From contig OZ024740.1 in NCBI GenBank assembly GCA_964016885.1, forward strand, positions 116,064,001 to 116,128,000: a stretch of 64,000 nt of DNA. The letters run 5' to 3'. This stretch comes from Eledone cirrhosa. Lineage: Eukaryota. Below the pieces are notes generated by a model. It was not told the origin of the DNA. It was given only the letters and a program-made list of their open reading frames with translations, and did not search any database. How positions within the stretch are numbered: position 1 is the first letter of the stretch; every line of letters begins with the position of its first letter. The position numbers and the translations under genes were made by a program. Shown piece by piece: positions 56,970 through 64,000 of the stretch.

Positions 56970-57180
56970 CCCGTGGCCTAGTGGCAAGGGTGTTGGACCT
57001 ACGATCATAATGTTGTGGGTTCAATTCCTGGGCTGGGTTGCGTGTTGTGTTCTTGAGCAAAATACTTCATTTCACGTTGCTCCAGTGTACTCAGCTGAAA
57101 ATGAATATCAACAATAGCTGGAGTTTTAACCCTGCGATGGGTAGGCGTCCTGTCCAGGGGGAAGTCTTGTACTCTCAGTC
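56970..57180 (+). mobile_element. tRNA-headed SINE
   Basis: GTGGCCTAGTGG A box, GGTTCAATTCC B box, TGTTCTTGAGCAAAATACTT. Confidence 0.75.
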
Positions 57181-57437
57181 TTGTACTCGGTCTGCCGAGC
57201 CTTCTGGCAGACTTTAGTTGAATAACAGGGCGGGTAGGGCTACTTCAAACAGTGGAAAATGCAGGCTTAGTAGATTTACTTTAGTGTGGCCAGGACAAGA
57301 ACTAGACTCAACAGTTTACGAAATTACAAGTTGACAATTTCTTGTTGTGGTGGTGGTGGTGGCGGGGAATAACAGGGAGAAGGGGGCGTTAACTATCCCG
57401 GCATCGGCTGTGTATACACATTCACATATATATATAC

Positions 57438-57957
57438 ACCTTTATATTTAGTATATATATATATATATATGACCTACGTATATATTATTTTATGTTTTAC
57501 GATGACCTCCCGTTCCCGTTTGGGTACAGTGTGAAATTTGTTTTTGAAGGACTGCTGGACTTTCAAATTTTCGCGGTCATTCTAGCACTGACGGGGACCA
57601 TCGCTGAATATTAATATCAATGTGGTTTTTTATATTGATATTGCCTGGGCATCCACTGATGAATTATAAGTGCCCACTTGTATGTATACCTATGGACTAT
57701 ATGCAAGCTTCTACATAACCTGGACATTATTTTCACAATTTGTAGAACACCTATAACGAAACGATCGTATGGAAACAAAGAGAGATTTATTTAATTATGT
57801 CTCATATAAAATAATACAACCGGCTATCCACAAAATACAATATAGTTAGCACCCCAAACATATAATTGGGATTATACTCAGGTATATCCTAATGTTTGTT
57901 GAGTGAGATACGAGTCGGTCGGAGTATCGCTTAAAGCTTTCTCTGTTAATGTAATAA

Positions 57958-58005
<48 letters not shown>

Positions 58006-58016
58006 ATATTTAGTAT
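57438..58016 (+). mobile_element. Family K HHR element flanked by (TA)n, inside a 17-bp TSD
   Basis: ACCTTTATATTTAGTAT at 57438-57454 and 58000-58016; unique body 57471-57958. Confidence 0.75.
57652..57773 (+). ncRNA. Type I hammerhead ribozyme, family K (~95-nt stem II)
   Basis: TCCA-CTGATGA-ATTATAAGTG..CACCTATAAC-GAAA-CGATCG-TA-TGGA. Confidence 0.82.
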
Positions 58017-58698
58017 TTATAGTTGATTGATGGTATTTCATTGCATATTTTGTACATGACATTTTATAACAGAAGAACGTTTTTGACAACCTAACAGATT
58101 ATCAAACATAGATACAGTTTACATAGAACATTTGTTATTAACATGTGCGGCCCTTGCTGAATACAGATAAGTGATCCATGATGTCTGGATTTGAGGAAAG
58201 CGTCAATGTCACAACTTCCTGTTCCATGACATTCTATGTTCTGGCAGTTATTTCTAAACTTCCGGCAACGGACAAAGTTATGTGACCATTAAACAATATC
58301 AATCATTTTTTTTTCACTCGTCTAGATGTGATTATTTATGTGTTATATACACGTCTACATATTATTCTTATATTTATATACGTATGACTAGGTAACTATG
58401 CACACGTGTGTGGAAGTGGTATTTGTAATATATACAAGTCAAAAATGTTTTACTGGTTGACTGAATTAAAACGATATCTAGGAGTGTATTTCTAGTTTCT
58501 ATACAGCAATGGGACGGAGGGGAAAAGAAAGATAAGCTAAGCTTTTATAGTCTGAACTGAAATACCCAGACATTCACTCATAGTATTCCAGAAGGGAGCG
58601 ACATCCTAGGAAAATATTGGAATCCTTGTGATTCCCACATGACAATAGAGAAATTGAGAAATTGAGAAATGCGCTCCTGTATAAACCACGCACGCACG

Positions 58699-58818
<120 letters not shown>

Positions 58819-59239
58819 TATATATACATACATACACACATATATATATTATATATATTATATATACATACATACACACATACACACACAAACACACACA
58901 CATATATAATATACATATATATACATATGTATATATATATACATATGTATATATATATATATATATAAATATATATATATATTTGCATATACATATATGG
59001 GAGCTGCATGCACAAACTACAACTACTACTACTACTACTATTACTAGTACTACTACTACTACTACTACGTTTAATTAACCCATATTAAAAATTGCACATA
59101 TGAGGAAATTCTCTGCAAGAAAATAAATTCATATTCGTGTTATGATTACTAATTTGGAATAGTTTAAAGACTTCAAGATGTCAGCTAATGTTATAAATGA
59201 AAGCACACAAAAGCATTTAACTTAGTTGTTTTTTTTTAA

Positions 59240-59276
<37 letters not shown>

Positions 59277-59644
59277 ATAATGAGTCTATATGTGAAAAAT
59301 ACTTTGCCTTTTTAAGGCGTAATTTTCAACATGTGTTTAACAAAGTGTTTGTTTGTTTTGGTGTGTTATATCAAATTATTCCGATTGAGACATTTATTCG
59401 CTGAGAGAGGTTTCGTGGTTTTTAAAAAACAGCGTCACAAGAAATTTGAAGCGTTAATATGAAACATGTGTAGTCAGGATTCGAAACTGAAAATTTATGT
59501 TGGAATTTTTCCACACAGTATCAATAATAGAAACGTTATCACACTACATAACTATATGGCCTATTGTTTCTTTTTTTTTTATCGAATACGGAATAATATG
59601 TAATATTTGGTTTCTTCACCAAATTATTACAAACGCGTACGTAG

Positions 59645-59803
<159 letters not shown>

Positions 59804-59840
59804 ATATATATATATAATATATAATATATATATATATATA

Positions 59841-60045
59841 TATTATTGAGTAAAATGACAGGAGGCCGGACTGTCATGTTACTCAATAATAATTAACTCC
59901 TTTCTTGCACCACCAGCAAGATTCAACATAAACGAAGATGGATGGTTGCATAGCGTCGAGTGCTTTTCCTAATATTACATCACGTTTGACTATACGGAAT
60001 GACTAGTTCTATCCAGTGGTGAACCAACAAACCTAAATGAATATA
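59841..60045. mobile_element. Diverged family F tail with a short fold-back
   Basis: TTATTGAGTAAAATGACAG / CTGTCATGTTACTCAATAA; 59890-60045 is the reverse-complement homologue of 37255-37410. Confidence 0.65.
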
Positions 60046-60542
60046 TATAGTTGAAAAGGGGTAAAGTTCAATACAAATCGAAGATTATAGGGAAAAAGTA
60101 AAAGGGAAAAAGCACAGGGGCATATTTAAAGATTGTTTTATTTTTAATCCGACAGAATATTTTCATAATTGTTACATTAAATGGATTTAAATTTTGTCAA
60201 ATTTTAATCGATTTAATGTAACAATTATAAAAACATATAAAAATATTCTTTCTGTCGAATTAAGGATAAAATTGATATATATATCAGTATGTATACGTAC
60301 ATGATGCCTGCCCCCTCGTTATCGAGTATGGCCATTGCACGAGGAGAAAAAAATGAATAAATAAATAAAAAATAAAATAAAAATACATATACACACACAC
60401 ATATACATTAATAACAATAATAATAATAATAATAATAATAACAACAATAATAATAAGGACAACAACAATAATAATATACATATACATATATATATACACA
60501 TACACGCACACACACAAACATGTCTATACACACACACACACA

Positions 60543-62914
60543 CGATAGCAACTAACAGCGCTGCGATCGAATGTGGCTTTTTAGCCCAGCCAATGATCTA
60601 AAATGTCTTGCACAGAGTCGGCAACCAAAACATTCACTGGGAATAGTCGGCTGTGGTTGGAGTTCGTGTACTTTTGCATGTCGCTTGAGCCCTCCTGCTG
60701 ATTTACATTCTCTACCACATGTTTGGCAAGCATGATGAGCAGCATCTCCAACAGCAGCTTGGTAGTCAACCACTGGTCTTACTTTATGACTGCGAAGATG
60801 ACTTTCGAGTCCAGCTTTGCTTAGGTAGAGTTTCGCACAGACGCTGCATGTCAGCACCATAGGAGGACCCTCGCCGTCTGGAAGTGCAACAGCAATGCCC
60901 TTCCTCACATCTCGCTTTACTTTCTCGTATGCGATTCGAGATGCCTCAAAGGCAACTTTTCCCTCATATACAGTCTTTCTCCATTTATTACGATCAGCAG
61001 CAATATTTTCCCATGTATCAGCAGAGATGTTAGCGTCTTTCAGAGAGGCTTTCAAGGAATCCTTATACCTCTTTTTTGGTTAATGTGGCGGTCATTTTCC
61101 TTTAACCAACTCTCCATAAAAGAGTTGTTTTGGTATTCTAGAATCCTTCATCCTGGCAAGGTGACCACTCCAACGGAGTCGTTGGTTAAGCACAAGAGCT
61201 TCTATACTGCCACACATAGAGCTTTCCAAAATCTCGACATCACTGATGTGGTCCCTCCAGTGAACGCCATGGATCCGTCTGAGACACATCTGATGGAAAC
61301 GCTCCAATTGCTTAAGGTGGTGTCGATATGTGACCCAGATCTCGCAGGCATAAAGAAGACAAGAGAGCACACATGCCCTGTACACCTTTACCTTTGTCCT
61401 CCTGCATATGTCTCGCCGACCCCAGAGTCGCCTTTCTAGCTTTCCGAAAGCATCACTTGCTTTCCTAATCCTAAGTGAGATTTCACTGTCAAGGTTGCTG
61501 TATCGATTGACAGTGCTTCCCAGGTAGACAAACTGATCAACCACTCCAAGTCGTTTACCATACACAGATGTTTGGTTCAGTGTACTGCTTACCAGGGGCA
61601 GGTTGGTACATGACGACGGTTTTCTTGAGACTGACAGTCAAACCTGGAGCAGTGCAAGCGTCAGAAAATGCATTCAAAATGTGCTGCATATCACTCTCTG
61701 TGTGCGCTACAAGATCGCAATCATCTGCATACAAGAGGTCTCTTATGATTGATGTAAATACTTTTGTCTTTGCAGCAAAGCGCCTGATGTTAAATATGCT
61801 GCCTGAGGTTCGATATCGGATGTAAACACCATGCTCGCAATTCCTGAATGGAATACAGAAAACCATTGCAAAGTATATGGCAAACAGGGTCGGTGCTGGA
61901 ATATCCCCCTGTTTCACTCCATTTTTTTACTGAGATAGGCTCCGACATGTTACCTCCGACATTAACCCAAGCCTTCATGTCGTCATGGAAAGACCTAACT
62001 AAAGCAAGGAACTTATCAGGGCAACCAAGTTTCTGGAGAAACTTCCATAATGCATCTCTCTTAACAGTATCGAAAGCTTTTGTCAGATCGACAAACACCT
62101 GATACAGATCCAAGCCTTGTTCCATGCACTTCTCCTGGAGCTGTCTAGCTGAGAAGATCATATCAGTAGTGCCGCGTCCAGCACGAAAACCAGATTGACT
62201 TTCAGGAAGAACACAATCTGCAATGTGTGTCAGCAGACGGTCCAGAAGCACCCTACATAAAACTTTCCCTACGACAGAAAGCAATGATATACCTCTGTAG
62301 TTCCCACAATCATTCCTGTTACCCTTTCCCTTGTACAAGACCACCATTACTGCATCTCTCCAGTCCTCAGGTACGGATTCATTAGCCCATATCCTGCCAA
62401 ACAAAGACTGAAGATGTTGCAGGAGTCTCTCACCACCATATTGTAGGAGCTCAGCATGTATGTCACTCATACCTGGAGATCTTCCACTGCTCAGCTTCGA
62501 AATAGCCACTGTAACCTCCACAAGCGTCGGAGGTTCTGAGAGAGCTACTTTCACAGGACTTTCTGAAATGAGATTGAATAAATCTTCACTGACGACAGAC
62601 GGCTGATTCAAAAGATCATCAAAGTGCTCTCGCCACCTTCGTAGAATTCCTTGTGAGTCACGAAGAAGTTCTTTGCCATCCTTGCTGCGAAGTGGTGTCA
62701 CCGGAGAAGAAGACGGTCCATAAACCTCACGCAAGAGACTGTACAACAGCTTTATGTTATTTGAATCTGACGCAGTTTGTATCTCACCAGCCTTCTCACT
62801 CCACCACTGATCCTTCATCTGAGAAAGACTCCGCCTAACACGTGATTTTACATCCTTGAGTTCCTCATGCAACGTATTCCTCTCCTGTGGTTTTGCCGTC
62901 AAGTAGCGTGACAT
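60543..62914 (-). pseudogene. 5'-truncated RTE (BovB-like) LINE: RT plus three C-terminal C2H2-type zinc fingers; three frameshifts
   Basis: CGNYRGISLL, ESQSGFR, FVDLTKAFD, KQG, LLYADD, FVYLGS, LRWSGH; CSVC..HLRSH, CQTC..HAKVH, CRLC..HIRSQ; (TG)n follows just after the stop. Confidence 0.92.
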
Positions 62915-63579
62915 TTTTAAAAAATAAAATGTGATTTGAGGACGATTTGTTTGCTATTTCTCCCAATTTGAACTACCATATAGAGACTCTTTCATTGTCT
63001 CACATGATGTCACAGTAAACGTGAGCCATGGTAGTTCTACTGAATTGAACTTCTCTAAATCTGGAAAATTACCCCAGAAGTCAAGTTTTTATCCCAATTA
63101 CTTAATCACCCCAGTCTGTCCTGCCATTGTGTTCCAGCCCTGGTCTCTGGTTACACACTGTGTGTAAGGGCTACTACACAACAATCCACTCCACATTAAG
63201 CCTATCACGCAACGGGCGTTTATCATGTGGGGTACAACTTTGAGGGGTTCAATAGACACTCAGTGTAGTAATAGAGTGACGTTTCAGCTTCCAGTACGTA
63301 AATTAAAATTCTGAGACACGAATTACATACCTTTTTTTCTTCATTACACCCTCCAATACACACACACTGACAGAGACACGCACACTCTACACTCATGCAA
63401 AAACATGAGATGAATATGCAGTATCTTTTTGCTTCAAAAGTTTTCTCTCTATGCTCATTTATGGGACTTTAACTCGTACTGGAATCTTCAGGCACCGTCG
63501 TGGCAAACGGCAATGATGGCGTGTCTTGGATATTTGAAATCTGGTGGAGCATATCTTCCACAAATACCGATTTCTTCCA

Positions 63580-63658
<79 letters not shown>

Positions 63659-63666
63659 AGAAGAAG

Positions 63667-63808
63667 AATCGACCCCAGTACTTGTCTGATACTTTATTTA
63701 TCGACCTCGAAAGGATGGAAAGTAAAGTTAGCCTCGGCGAATGTTTGAATTCAGACGGAGGGAATACCACAAAGCCGACGTTTTAACGACTATGCTAATG
63801 TCCCGCCT
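63667..63808 (-). mobile_element. Dominant SINE copy
   Basis: ATCGACCCCAGTACTT..TTTATCGACCTCGAAAGGATG..TTTGAATTCAG. Confidence 0.8.
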
Positions 63809-64000
63809 TTTAAAAAGAATACCCTCGATGTCACTCACCACTAAACCCACATTAACCTTATCTTATCTTCCATGAAAATCTATTCAGAAAAAATTTTAAG
63901 AAAAGCTAGTTGAGATTTATTTCCTAAGGAGAAATCCTCTGCTTGTTATATTATAACATGAGTTATAAAATGTATGACGTATTTTTTGTCAATCAACTCT

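Noticed and set aside
59395-59510. CTGAGAGA..GTTTCG/CGAAAC..GAAA
   Set aside because: Core spacing is wrong and there is no valid cleavage triplet
60552-61055. Host C2H2 zinc-finger gene
   Set aside because: Contiguous with RTE RT frames and preceded in frame by the RTE WE..A.DR..WR motif

Overview
Repeat-saturated, AT-rich animal genomic DNA. The SINE families, RTE/Tx1/Penelope elements and extreme (TA)n/(CA)n content suggest an octopus (inferred, not proven). I find no confidently identifiable host gene; almost all ORFs in the track are microsatellite or antisense artefacts. Recognisable coding relics are all transposon-derived: a mariner transposase (~8.4-9.1 kb), a Penelope-like (PLE) reverse transcriptase (9.5-11 kb), a near full-length frameshifted L1/Tx1 LINE (42.3-47.5 kb), three RTE-clade families (one with three C-terminal C2H2 fingers, 60.5-62.9 kb) and an R4-like RT relic. 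The most striking signal is non-coding. At least six sequence-unrelated short elements sit in (TA)n tracts, each carrying a type I hammerhead ribozyme (HHR) that I folded by eye (CUGANGA or a compensatory variant / stem II / GAAA / palindromic stem III / UH / stem I); several degenerate motifs are also present. One family forms tandem ~500-nt retrozyme-like units, one has a U3-A8 core, and several have very long stem II inserts. Most copies are fold-back insertions whose short arm ends at an internal TAT(A) motif. Two insertions have target-site duplications (TSDs) that enclose the (TA)n tracts, suggesting the elements write the microsatellites. Coordinates of degenerate repeats are approximate and no ribozyme activity has been tested.
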